From assembly GCA_964035545.1 (NCBI GenBank), contig OZ037770.1, forward strand, positions 9,492,973 to 9,556,972: a DNA stretch of 64,000 nt, written 5' to 3'. The stretch's first letter is position 1. Each line of letters begins with the position of its first letter. Source of the stretch: Bugula neritina (taxonomy: Eukaryota; Animalia; Bryozoa). The notes beneath the pieces were generated by a model. It saw only the letters and a program-made list of their open reading frames with translations. It had not been told where the DNA came from and ran no database searches. Below, piece by piece: positions 50,101 through 62,524 of the stretch. The position numbers and the translations under genes are program-made.

Positions 50101-52269
50101 CTTTTTACAGATAACAACAGTGTGGATCTGAAATACCTGATAAATGAATCTGCTGTGTACGGTTTCATTCTGCTGCTAAATTCCAGTGAATCTGATCTTT
50201 TGGCAACATGTCTTCAAGTACTCTTAAAATTGACAGGTATTTTATGATGCTCAAGTTCTGTAGTCTACATGTACCCAAATATAATAGGCTGAATATTAAG
50301 TTTATATTGTATGTAGTTGTTTGGTTGTCATCCTATATATAGTGGTTTAAAAGAAATTGAATTTTTAAATCTCAAGTCATGCCCGTGATGGACAATTTAT
50401 TTTTATGTTGATGACTCATAAATTTAAAGTTAAAGTGGGAAAATTTTTGCTTCCTAAAACTTAGGCAAAGTGTGTCAAATTTCATGTTTAAAAGTAACCT
50501 GTACTATGTAGTTAAAAAAATAGTCCATATTTCTTTTGAATTAACCTGAATAAATATGAATAAGCATAGCATAATTGGTTTATATATTTCATAAACAGAA
50601 GTAACTACCAATCCATTACCAACAACTACTGTCTCAAATGACCACAAAGACAAAGAAGTTACTGGCAACGTAAAACTCATTACATCTACACAGACTAAGC
50701 TTATAAGTGGACTCATCCCAACAATCATTGGCACATTAATTGCTTTGTTTATGTTGGTAGGTGTTTTACCATTAAGTTCTTGTTGTATATATGATAAAAA
50801 AGTAGTTGGCGGATTATAATTCCAAAGATGCATTCAACGGCAATACTCTTGTTTTATATTATATTTCATATTATTAAGGATTACTGCATGTATAAACTTG
50901 TAAACTTTCAAATTTGAAACCGATTTTCTTATTTTTTGCTAAAACTACCTGCCCAGTGTTTTTCCTCTTAAGTTATTTTAAGTATAGATAAAAAAACATT
51001 CATCAATAAGGAAATCTTTAAGCTATTATATTATAAAACTGTTGCTGACAGTTGGCACGTATATTTATTCTGCATGCAAAGAAACAAAGAAAGCTATTAT
51101 TAAATTAAAAAAAATCAAGCGGTTCATAGTCGATGTTCCTGTGAGAAACCCCTGATGGAAAGGGTTGATGTCAAAGTGGGCTAAAGACTTATTTAAATGA
51201 ATCACAGGAGCAAATATGACTGGATGCTCTTCTTAATACACCAATGACCTTTGTCTGAGTTTGAACCCATGACCTCCTGTTTACTAGGCAAACGTTCTAA
51301 CCTCTAGAACACGGCTGTTTCATTATTAATAAATTGTGGAAGCTAAATAAACTAAAAAATGTTTCTCAGGCTCTAAACTTTTAATAAATTTTATTTGCTA
51401 AATCAGAATGCACTATATAATATATATACATAGTTGTAAAAAGAAACGCTTTTTAGCTTTAGTAGCATGTGATGATGCTGGTGAGGACTTTAGATTCTTC
51501 AAAGTTTTATGTCGCTGTTTAGTAAAATGCTCTCATGCGGAAATTGTAGGTCGGGATTTCAACTCTTGGCTATATACGGTTTCGTAAAAAGAAAAGCATA
51601 TCAGCAGATCTAAAGAGTAAATCAAATCTAAAGAGTAAATCAGATATAAGGAGTAAAACCAGCAGCAAGCAAATGGGTGATTTACAAACAAACACAGATA
51701 GCATGTCAAATATAAAGGAAGAAGAAAATGATGAAAATAGCATAAACAGCAACCAAGAAAATAATTTCCAGGAAGCCAGTGAGGTAAATACAGAAAATTT
51801 GTCTTCACTAAATAAAACAGGATCAAAAATGAACAAGTTTGGTCAGAGCAAAAGAGTTGCACATCATGCAGGTGATACTAAGACAAAAGCTGCTCCATCT
51901 GCTAATAAAATGGCTGCAGCTGTAAAACTACTCGGTCAAAAGGCATCAAGAAACAATTATAAGAGAGTGAAACCTCTAAGCCAGAACGCAGTAGATTTAG
52001 TAAATGTTTCTGGTGCCTTAAACCAGTTTATGGGAAAACTCAAAACTAAGCAAAAACAGTATGGCGAAGCAGAAAAAATACCTTCTGGAAACAAGATTAA
52101 TCCAACTGCTGAAGCGGTAGCTCAAATGTCTGACAATAACGTTACAACAACCAAAATGAACTATAAACCAAATAAAAATGTTATAAGAACGACTAATGAT
52201 AAAAAAGGTGGGCGAACTAAGGTCAAGGTGAAAAAGAAAATTAAAGGTAAAAAACATAAAAAACAATGA
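37245..52269 (+). CDS. Gene B: kinase-less EGFR/ErbB-like single-pass receptor with two inserted F-type-lectin-like domains; 19 coding exons, about 1302 aa
   Basis: Manually spliced GT-AG exons, all phase-compatible and stop-free: 37245-37320, 37563-37802, 39115-39252, 40382-40507, 41342-41526, 42884-43001, 43624-43803, 43946-44194, 44383-44589, 45204-45479, 45980-46192, 46962-47175, 47725-47915, 48160-48344, 49043-49176, 49440-49612, 50111-50236, 50599-50756, 51550-52269 (3909 nt). Signal peptide MTYKTVVVSLFFLSFITKVLHG; L1 VCSG..GCYFVLGDLYL..NIVRVQGQVTI..LNNLKSIGG; CR1 CNGNCWGP..CQKL..ECC..CNGGCKGP; L2 CTYISGHVIL..IKVISGSLVI..TDLSMLRNLQLILG..NLC; CR2 CHSGC..CHDECLGKCSGP; TM LISGLIPTIIGTLIALFMLVGISTLGYI followed by RFRKKK. 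Domain order matches the EGFR ectodomain. Confidence 0.85.
40571..40670. repeat. (TA)n microsatellite
   Basis: Visible dinucleotide run. Confidence 0.95.
40677..40723 (-). ncRNA. Minimal type I hammerhead ribozyme (degenerate copy)
   Basis: TCTGTG-CTGATGA-GGGG ACAAA CCAC-AAAA-CAGCGGCTG-TC-CACAGA: perfect 6-bp stem I and GUC triplet, but GAAA mutated to AAAA. Confidence 0.65.
40951..40997 (-). ncRNA. Minimal type I hammerhead ribozyme (copy with intact core)
   Basis: TTTGTG-CTGATGA-GGGG ACAAA CCCT-GAAA-CAGCTGCTG-TT-CACAGA: stem I TGTG/CACA, stem II, near-palindromic stem III, GUU cleavage triplet. Confidence 0.75.
41005..41106. repeat. Compound (CA)n/(CACG)n/(TA)n microsatellite
   Basis: Visible run. 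Confidence 0.9.
43328..43397 (-). mobile_element. tRNA-derived SINE head (family 1; related copies near 9713, 10320, 10550, 27760, 45100)
   Basis: GGCTCCGTGGTGTAATGGTAGCACACTTGCTTGCAAGCCAGAGGACTCGGGCTTGATTCCC: A-box, degenerate B-box, imperfect cloverleaf, dispersed diverged copies. Confidence 0.6.
43624..44194 (+). CDS. Gene B exons 7-8: F-type lectin / F5-8 type C-like module 1 (divergent)
   Basis: RWWTVTYPRTFLFHSAILVTR..C..C then WQLC..C..LLVFQQIHMNG resembles the fucolectin pattern WW.VDL....I..V.I.NR.DCC ... L.LCEVEV.G; both exons are phase 1-1. Confidence 0.55.
44383..45479 (+). CDS. Gene B exons 9-10: F-type lectin / F5-8 type C-like module 2
   Basis: QISSST..LLDS..RWYGVHVGRVIEFSHAVVYTRHGTDC...C then WQQC..GC..FHLTEVEIY matches the QSST/A.DG/WW.VDLG/IYNR.DC/LCEVEVY spacing; phase 1-1 exons. 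Confidence 0.7.
51140..51318 (-). mobile_element. tRNA-derived SINE (family 2; related copies near 12860-12987, 34155-34340, 36647-36780, 42625-42785)
   Basis: tRNA-like head followed by a conserved core GGTCAT(C/T)GGTG...AGGAAGAGCATCCAGTCATAATTGCTCCTGTG shared by five dispersed copies. Confidence 0.65.
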
Positions 52270-52779
52270 GGGAGCGGATCATATCTTTTATATGTAACTG
52301 CATAACCAAATTTTCAACAATCTAATTATGTTTTCCCTGTCAGTTTTCTGCATTCCCAAACTTCATGTACTCACAATACCAAAAACGTAAGTTCTGGTAA
52401 AACAATCAGTATCTTACAATAACAGAGAAATCAGGAAGGCTGGTGAATTTGGCTATGCTTGAGTCAGTATCATGTATGTAATGCAACTGATTTATGTTAT
52501 TGTAGATCATATTTATCAGACACATCAGCTTTCTGTTCCATATTTTGAGATATATGGCAATATGTTGCATGCTTTGTATTACTGTTTATATAACTACTGC
52601 CATGCTGTATCAATTCTAATAAGTTATACATGTATATTATGTGTCTTTATTATTGTATTGTTTTAACAATTGATATGATGTTACAAATTACGATCTTTTA
52701 CCATTATTGAAGCAAAACTATTAATGGTCATAGATGATAGGTGTTCATATTTTAAGGTTTTTCCACATATTATAGCTAC

Positions 52780-52925
52780 ATTATATTATATTATATTATA
52801 TTATATTATATTATATTATATTATATTATATTATATTATGTTATGTTATGTTATATTATATTATATTATAGTATATTATATTATATTATATTATATTATA
52901 TTATATTATATTATATTATATTATA
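52780..52925. repeat. (ATTAT)n pentanucleotide microsatellite; degenerate arrays also at about 41650-42050 and 43040-43560
   Basis: Visible run. Confidence 0.9.
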
Positions 52926-54931
52926 CGGTAGAGTATTCCTAACCCATTAAACCAGCATATTTTATTTTACATCGTAAGTTATTATTACTTGCAAATTTAT
53001 ACAAACCATCAAGACAAATAAGTCACAAACACTTAGACATCAAGAGAGTGAGTAGCTATAATAGAAGCTTTTAAAAGGCAAAAATTGAAGTTTTTTCTTG
53101 ACATATTTTAGATGTGGTTCATGAACAGTTGTAATATAAGCTACAAAACTATGAAAAGCTATAAAATTGCAAAACATATAATCAGACTAGAACGCTATGG
53201 CTTAACTACACTAGCTCTGTTTCAATGTGTGTTTTAACATGTAGCTCTATAACAAACCTAATAAACAATAGAGGTTATGCTGCTTCATAAATGCTCAGTA
53301 ATATCCAACAAGAAGCTAAACTCTTAGGCAGAGTAGACTGTGCATTGTTATATGAGCAGTAAAATGATATTGCCATTATCAAGATTCTAACTACTAGACT
53401 ACTTTATATTCAGTCAGTCTAGTATTAGAGAATTAGTTTAGTATAGCTGCAAATGATTGAGCCATCAACTGAATCATAAGTCACATGACTTTCTTTGGTT
53501 TGTTATAATGGCTGACACAGCTCTATACGTACCATATATAATCAATCGTGCTGACAGAGTTAGAAATGCAAATTTTAATAAAATACATGAAGAAATTTTA
53601 GAGCATACTGGTACTGGTACCAAAAACCATTAAAAAGGTTGCAATAAGTATATATTATTTTATAACTGCATAATTTAATTTTTTTGCAAAAACATTTTAA
53701 CAAGCAATTTGATGAATTGTGAGATGTTGACATGCAATAAGAAATTTTTGTGCAAAATGACAGGTTTTGGATCTAAAAAATACAATAAATAGACTTATAA
53801 AAGCTCTAAAAAGGCTTCAAAAAATACAGCAAAAAATATACAACATGCCTTCTGACTTCTATCTTTAGCTTTAGGAACATTCAGTACATCACATTGCATC
53901 ACATACAACACATTGAGTACAATTCAGTCTAGATTAGCAATGGGGCAATAATACTACTGACTAAGTGGACGTATCACAGCATAGTTAAGGTCATCCCCAG
54001 TGAAATATCATCTCATAATCTAGTCTCAGTTCCTAGTTGCTATTGCTCTGTGGGCGGCATGCGTATTGCCTACTTGTCATAATTTAGCATGAGATATAAC
54101 AATTGCCAACAGACCATCAAATTAGCTAGGGCTGCACCTGTTTATATTACAACCATCGCTACAATCTAGGCGCGATATAAGCAGAAAAGCTTAAACAGCC
54201 TAAATTCTTAATTTTTTTTAAGAAATTCTAATTTGGTAACATGTCGGAATTCTCTCTAAACTTCTTAAGCTGCATCTTACCGCCTGTAATAGGCCCAATA
54301 ATACGAAATGCAGGGTTTAATTTCTCAATACCCTCATCACTGCACATACCTCATACTTATTATACTTAACTGATAAGACTTTACTACTATTGTTGAAAGA
54401 AAGTTATGCAATTACTATTCAATTGACTAAGAATTCTCTCCAACAATTTTGTAAATTCTGAAAAAAAAATTAATGTTTTAAAATAACAATACAGTGAGTT
54501 TGGTTACAGATATATTATTAGTATAATTTAGATTACTCTACAGAACAACAAATTTGCATTGAAATCACACACAAAAGGCATAAAATTTAGTGGCCATAAC
54601 TTTCACTAGCATCCTAAGATGTCTGGGTTATCATACAGGCTGTATTACTAAACTGCTTTGCACTAGAAAGAAACAAGTCAAAGCAAGAAATGTACGCAGG
54701 CTTCAGAAACTGCTTCATATAAATACAACTGAAATCTAGATTCAGGGTAGATTGCGTTGTACAGCCTCGCGTCTATAGGCACTACAACAATATTGCAACC
54801 ACCAAGATTTCAACTACTATAGCTACTATAATAATATAATAACCAGCCTCATACCACCTTTTACCCATACCGCAGTTTACTGCAGAGATGAACTTTAACC
54901 CTTTGGTTTAGCGCGCACAACATGAATCTTA

Positions 54932-55617
54932 CCCCCTATTCACACTTACCGTACCGTACGCCGTAACAGCAAATTTTAGCGATTTTTGTTAACATCCGGG
55001 CTAAATCGTACTCCGGTATACGTTGCGGCGTTGATCAAGCAGTGCTTGATTCAAAAAATCACGGCGGGCTCCTATTGGGTAGAGTTGATCTGGTACTAAA
55101 ATTTAAAAAACATTTTCGCTAGTTTATTTTAATCGCTTATTTTTGATTTAATTTAATCAATTCAAAAAATTAAAAGATTAAAAAATCTTTATCCGGCTTG
55201 TTTGAATTAAACTCAGCTTAAAAATCTAGCTTTCCCTACCTAATCACAAAATCAAGCAAACCAAAAACTTAAAAATAATTTGGACGGCTTAAATATTCAT
55301 TATTTAAATTAGTTTGCACAATGATTTTAAAAACGAATATATTTAAAAAAAAGATTCTTTTCATGTAATTGCTTTTATTTAGTAAATAGCATTTATATAA
55401 CATCTTTTGATAAGAATGTTGCGAATAATTTGTAAATAATATTCAAAGGCGTTCAAATCACCGCAGACAAGAGTTGGCTTTATTATGATTGGTCACAGCT
55501 CAACGTCATGCATTGTACTTTTACGGCAATGTGTGAACACCCGTTGACAAAATGCAACAGCGTCGCCATTTTATTTTTGCTGTTACGGCGTACGATACGG
55601 TAAGTGTGAATAGGGGG
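54932..55617. mobile_element. MITE, PIF/Harbinger-like, TIRs of 42 bp or more
   Basis: CCCCCTATTCACACTTACCGTACCGTACGCCGTAACAGCAAA ... TTTGCTGTTACGGCGTACGATACGGTAAGTGTGAATAGGGGG; flanks TTA / GTA (imperfect 3-bp TSD). Confidence 0.8.
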
Positions 55618-56116
55618 GTAGGCCGCATGAGCTCTCTGTAATCATTATGATGGCTACAATGCAGCGCAGCTCTACCGTGTTCAGCCAAGCAAGCAGACTA
55701 AGCAAGATGTAAAATTTTTATTAAAATCAGTGTATAAAATACATGTTTACACCAATTCTATTGAGGTTATTTGAAAACTTCAAAAAGCCTCTAATAGCAA
55801 ATATCTTATAACCCTATATTTCAATTTTTGCAGATATGTGTTGCTTGGGAATTGAATAATTTGTGGGGCATTGAGACCATGTTTTTTTATGCAAAAATGG
55901 GCGATTTTTGGAGCATAAAAATGCAACAGGTTGGGTAGGTAAAGATTTTAAAAAGCCTCTAATAGAGCAGCAAAATATTGACAAGATGGTTTTTGAATTT
56001 TGATTCCAGCCTCAAAATTAGTCGAGTTATGAGTGGGGCACTGTTTCATATATAATTATAATGGAGCAATGAAATTACTGATTCAGTAGAAGGATGACCT
56101 TAATCAAGCTGTGTAT

Positions 56117-59100
56117 TTTGCTAGATTTTAGTGGTGCAATCATTATTGTATTAATCGAAAAGGTTCACTTTATATTGTGTATTATCTTGTGAGTTCGACA
56201 CTGTCGGAGTGTACCTATGGACAGCAGTGGCACCACTAGTAACCACCAATCAGGTCAGTCACACTAATTGATAGCCGGCAGAGCAGCTTGGGACTTCATC
56301 TAGAGTAGTTGTGTATTAAAGCTCACTAATTATGTAATCGTTTTCTATTCATGCTAGCAGTAAATAACCTTCTTGTATTTGTGTAAATAATAAAGTATCT
56401 TATCGTAAACAACCTGGTGCAGTGGCTTTGATTAAGTAGACCCACATATAATAATAGTTAACTGGCAAAATTCACTACACTGGTGGCAGCGGTGGGATTC
56501 CACTTAATACAAATGCCCCTAGCCAGGGAGTAAGATGGCCGACAAAGTCGTCGACGCGCCCCGACAGGAGCCAGCAGCAATAGAGGAAGATCACATAGGC
56601 GGCCCAGCGCTGCCTATGGACAGGTACCACTTGCGGGCTCCCATCTTCTCAGGAGAAGAAGATGTGGAGCAATTCATCACTGAGTTCAGTGATGTGGCGG
56701 ACATCTGCGGATGGCCGAACAGGGTTACTCTGATCCAGCTGCGGTTGTGTCTGACAGGGCCGGCTAAACCCTATGGGATAAGCCAAAATGTCGGTGACAT
56801 AGTTGAAGCAATACGAGCTAGGTTTGGATTAACCGCTCGAGATGCTCGCGTGCAACTGCAGAGTCTTAGGAGAAATCCTAAGACCAATATGCGAGAGCAC
56901 GCCACCGTAGTCGAATGACTGGCACAAGTTGCTTACAGCGACTTGCCTGCCGACGGTCGACAGAGCCTGGCACTGGATGCATTCCTCCAGTCTATTAACA
57001 ACCTCGGTCTGAAACAGCATCTGCTGGTGGCCGAAGTTGAGACTATGGAGAGAGCTCTAAGACTTTGGAATGCCTATTTCCAAGCCGACAGTGCAAGTCG
57101 ACCTGGTGCGACAGTACAGCAGGTCGAGGCAGACGACGTGTCGACGTCGCCAGCGAAGACAGCTGTACAGGTCGCAGCGGCAGCAGCAGACGAATCTAGC
57201 TTAACCACGAGCTTGATTCGAGAACTGCTAGCCGAGATCAGGCAACTGCGCCAGCAGGCGACAGCCGAGAGACCCAAGAGGTCGTCGGTAGCTGTCGACG
57301 ACAGGTGCGGCCCCGTATGCTGGGGCTGTGGTAGTGGTGGGCACTTCCTGCAAAGTTGCCCCCGCGGCAGTGGGAGGCGGTTAAACAGCGATGGCCCACG
57401 GTAACTTCCGCCTACCGTGGGCCCCAGTTTAACCCCCCAAGGCAGAGGCTACGGCCCCCACCCCACCGGGTGAGGAGGCCGCCTTCGCCAGAGTGGCAAG
57501 CCCCAAGGAGAGTGAGTCGGCGGCAAGGCCCACCAATACCTCCGGCTTGGGCACTCGAAAACCGCTTTGAAGGTTTGCTTGATGAGGGAGTGAACGACGA
57601 ATGGGAGCACAACAGGGATTTTCCTCGATTGCCCACACGAGCATCAGTCCGAGAATTCACTCAGCCGCCCGTGTGTGAGCGAGACCGAGACGTACCCTGC
57701 CCGCCCATGCAACGTCGACGACCCCCTCGCAACCGAAAAGCACAGGTGCATCCCCAACTCCATGCACATGAGGTGTCGCCTCAAGAGACAAATCGCTCAG
57801 TGAGCGCTCAGCCAAATGGAAGCAGCTATTTCCTCCCCGGCAAAATTGCTGGTAAAGCTGCTACATTCCTGTTGGATACTGGGTGCACCACAAACCTACT
57901 GAGTAGACGTCTCTTCGACACTCTCAGTGCCAGGGACAGGGCTAGCCTAGAACCATATGAAGGGGAGCACGGCACGTTGGCGGACGGGTCGTGTATTCCT
58001 TTCTATGGGGTAATCTAGTTGACTGGTAGAGTCCGTGATCAGATGATCAGTGAGACCTTCATCGTCAGTCAACTCAAGGAGGATGCCATCTTGGGCATGC
58101 CATTTCTGAAACGACACAGGTGCTACATAGACTTTAGCAAGTCGGCAGTAGTGATGGCGGAGCGTGAGCTGGCCTGTGTCGACCGATTTGACCGACCCTT
58201 GGTGAGGGGAGTGCAGGTGGTACAGCGCTGTACTGTACCTGGGCACTCCCGGGCTACAGTTCGCTGCAGAGTGAACTGTAGGGAAATCTCTGAGCTCGGA
58301 GTGGTGGAAGGTACACTGGGGGGCGTCCAGCTCGCTAACAGTCTGAATAGACTGGATGAGCGGGGGGAGTTCCTGGTGCAGTGCGTAAACCCTTTCGCAG
58401 AGCCGATAGAATTACCGGCTGGGTCTCTAGTAGGGAAGTTCCACTCCGTGCAGGAGGAGGATGTAGGGCCCGCGCTGGAAACGGCGGACGACGCCCGGGG
58501 AGTACCCACTAGAGACGGCAGGGGGCCGGTGCCTGAACACGTAGCAGAGTTGTACGAGGATGCCTTTGATGGCTGTGAGAGCAAGCGAGAATGCCTGGAG
58601 ATGGCGCGGCTACTCTCTGAGTACAAGGACGTGTTTAGTTGCGGCGACCATGACATGGGTCTGACTGAGACTGTCTGTCATGAGATACCCCTGGCGGCGG
58701 GGACGGTGCCGATTCGGCAGCCGACCCGCCGGTTAGGTCCTGAGAAGGAGAGAGAAGTGAGCCGTCAGGTGCAAGACCTTCTGAACCGGGACCTGATTGA
58801 GCCAGGCCATGGGGCCTGGAGTTCTCCAGTCGTCTTGGTTCGGAAAAAGGATGGTAGCTGGAGGTTTTGCGTTGACTATCGCAGGCTGAACAGCGTGACC
58901 ATCCAGGACGCTTACCCTCTCCCGAGGATCGATGAGTCGCTCGATGCCTTAGCTGGTAGCAAGTTCTTCAGCACGTTGGACTTGCTAAGCGGGTATTGGC
59001 AGGTGCCCCTGAGCCCTGAAGCACAGGACAAGGCCGCGTTTATAACGCGGGATGGGCTCTGGAAATGGAAGGTGTTGCCATTCGGACTTACGTCCGCACC

Positions 59101-62100
59101 AGCCACCTTCCAGCGAATCATGGAGCAGGTCCTGAGTGGACTGCACTGGAAGATCTTGCTCATCTATCTCGATGATGTCATCGTCATCTCCCCCGACTTT
59201 GACAGACATGTCAGTCGACTCAGGGAGGTGTTCGACAGACTCCGAGCTGCTAGCCTGAAGCTAAAACCCTCGAAGTGTGCATTACTGCAACGCGAGGTCA
59301 AGTACCTGGGCCACGTAGTTGGTCGAGACGGGGTCGCCACCGACCCCGAGATGGTACGGGTCGTGAGCGACTGGGCCGTTCCTGTCGACCTCTCTGAATT
59401 GCGGGCGTTCCTGGGGCTGGTAGGGTACTATCGTCAGTACATACCAGACTTTGCAGGAATTGCACAGCCGTTAAATCGGCTGACCGCAAAGGGGGTGCGA
59501 TGGCAGTGGACGCAGGCTGAGCAGAAGACATTGGACCACCTGAAGGATCGCCTGGTGGAAGCACCCATCTTGGCGTATCCTGACCCTGCGAAGGAGTACA
59601 TTTTGGATACTGATGGCAGTAACCATAATGTGGGGGCTGTGCTATCGCAGGTCCAAGATAGTCGCGAGGTGGTTGTGGCTTACTATAGCAAGGCCCTGTC
59701 GGCGCCTGAGAAGAACTACTGTACAACCAGGAGGGAACTCTTGGCAGTAGTCAAGGCGGTCAAACACTTTAGACCATATCTATATTGGCGCACATTCCGG
59801 CTTCGGACGGATCATGCGTCTTTGATATGGCTGTGTCGACGGGCAGAACCATCAAGCCAAGTGGCGCGCTGGCTAGAGATCCTGGCAGAGTTTTCTTATC
59901 GGATCGAACATTGACCCGGTAAGAAACACGGTAATGCAGATGGACTCAGCCGCCGCCAGGCAGATGGGTGTAAGCAATACCAGAATATCGAGCGCAGGGA
60001 TGGTGGACCCCCTCGCTTAGACATCAAAGCGCAGTTGGGGAAAGCGGGTGTTTACAGCTGGGAAGAAAGAGCAACTCCTGTCCGAATCGCCCAACAAAGC
60101 TGTTAACAACCTTCACGCAAACCCCACGTTGCTTCAGAACGTCAGGGAGCTATGTCGGCTCCAGTCTACGCTACCAGGAGTGGTAGCTGACCTAGTTCGG
60201 GCCAAGAAGGAGGGACGGCGGCCGAGTGAGGCCGAACAGCGAGTGAAGAGTACTGAGTTTAAGTACTTCTGTGACCGCTAGGACTCCCTCAGGTTCAACA
60301 GCGATGGGCTGCTAACGATCACGTTGCAGCCAAAGTTCGTAGGTTCCTACTGCGTAATTGAGGTGATGCCAAACCATACATACAAAGTGGAATGGTCTGG
60401 ACAAGTGTCGGTCCAGAACGAGGCACGGCTAAAACCTCACTGGGCAAGTCCTGATGCGGCAGGTCAAGCACCTCCTCTCTTGGAGCCAGCTAGGCGCCCT
60501 CCTATGAGGGGGCGACCCATGGCATATTGAGAGATTGAGGAGATACTGCCAGACCAGGACGGGGCGGCTGATGCGTCTGCCGACCAGCCCCAACCTCCTC
60601 CACCCCAGGAAGAGGAGGTCGACACACCTGAAGATGTGTCAGAGCCGGCCCCACCACCTGTGGAGCCGGTCGACAGGCCCATCGTCCCGGATGAGATGGC
60701 AATTCCTCAAAATCATGAGGAAGAGGCAGCTGGGGGCGGACCACCCGTACTGGTAGACCCCCCGTACTGGCGACACCACCCGTGGTGGAAGAGTCACCAG
60801 TCGTAGCAAACTCCCCAGTGCAGTTGGAGCGTGGGCAACGCACTAGGGCGCCTCCATCTTATTTAAAAGATTTCTTGTGTGATGCAGTGGAAAAACATCC
60901 ATCAGCTATCATAAAAGAAATCTGGGGGGACGAGCAATTGAGAGTTGCATTTCCAAGGTATAAGGAGACGCAATAGTGAGTTGCCTACCCCAGTGGTGTG
61001 ACACAAAACACCACCGGGGGTAAGAAAAGAGCGAAGTCAGCTCGCTAGTGAAAGGGGTATTATACAATCACTTTCACTGCGAAAAGCGTTCTTTTCTGAT
61101 TCAACTGCCAACGTGCACGCATGTACTTGGCAGGCTGGCGCATTACGTAGCCTAAGTGGGCAGCAGACTAAAGTCAGGGCTGTCTTATGGTAAGTCTACT
61201 AGTATAATTCTATTACTTAAGTAGAATTCAAGCTGGTAGCCTAAATCAGTCTCGCTTTATCATAACGATAAAGTTGATTTCCCAAGTCAGGTGATTCACT
61301 GACGGCTTGAGTAGGGCAGTCGGCCACATGATTATTATTAATCAGTGGTTAGTAGATTGCGAGACTCGGTCGAGGTGTCGTACTGACAGGTGCAAACCCC
61401 TTCAACAGTTTGGCATTCTGTTGCGGGTGAGACTGCAAGGTTGAGGAACTAGAAGATAGATCCTACCGTCACGCAGCCACCCCCCTCCCCTCCGACCGTA
61501 GAAGAAGAAGAGTACCCGTGGCCCGATTAACCGACACACTAGCCTCGACCAGTTCCTGTCGACGGATGTAAAGAAGCTACAGTGACGTATGGCTCGTCTC
61601 TGCAAAGAACAGGAACAGGTGGCTGCTGAAGTGACTAAACTACAGACGACTAGCAAAGTAACCTGACGACCCGACTTCCCCATACCCCTCTGACTGGTAG
61701 CAACTGGTACTTATTATTCGTGGAGGTGATGTAAATAGATTGTGTGTGTGTCGGAACTCTTGTGACTAACGAGTAGGATACTGATTTTATATTATACTGT
61801 TTTTTTGTCATGTGTTATATTCTTTTCTTAATTGTGTATTAGTTAGAGAGTGTACCTTTCAATAGGTGAGGAGAGTGTAATGGATTTTAGATTATGTTAT
61901 TATCGAAAGGATAACTCTTTGTGGCTTACTGTCTATACGCTTGGCATAATGGCTATAAGTACTGGAGATCAATTATCATAATAGCTGACAATTGGAATGC
62001 GTACAATCTGCTGGACAATTATTGCTAGCTACTAATGCACGCAGTTAAACAAGGCAGGACTAGTTAAATAGAATCAACAACTGTACGCAGAATAGACAGT

Positions 62101-62524
62101 TAGTGTGCTCAGTAGAAGATGATAGCGTTATGCTTATGGATGGAGTTAATTAGCATCGAAAAGGTCAACTCTACAGTGTATGCTATAGTAGAGTTCGACA
62201 CTGTCGGATTGTAACTATGGACAGCAGTGGCACCATTAGTAACCACCAATCAGGACAGTCACACTAATTAACAGCAGGTGGAGCTAGCTACTCGTAGTTG
62301 CAGTGCGCTGAGTAGCTAGCCGGCAGAGCAGCTTGGGACTTCATTTAGAGTAGTTCTGTATTAAAGCTCACTAATTATGTAATCGTTTTCTATTCATGCT
62401 AGCAGTAAATAACCTTCTTGTATTTGTGTAAATAATAAAGTATCTTATCGTAAACAACCTGGTGCAGTGGCTTTGATTAAGTAGACCCACACATAATAAT
62501 AGTGAACTGGCAAAATTCACTACA
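56117..62524 (+). mobile_element. Ty3/Gypsy element 4 (same family as Gypsy 2), integrase core deleted, non-matching LTRs
   Basis: 5' LTR about 56117-56479, PBS 56481-56498, gag 56535-57404 (stop at 56918), pol 57356-60976 with stops and a deletion of about 950 bp near 60326; PPT AGGTGAGGAGAG; 3' LTR 61876-62524; no TSD. Confidence 0.92.

Noticed and set aside
52270-56116. Search for tyrosine kinase exons downstream of the TM exon
   Set aside because: No kinase motifs recognised by eye; the region holds microsatellite, MITE and duplicated flank sequence
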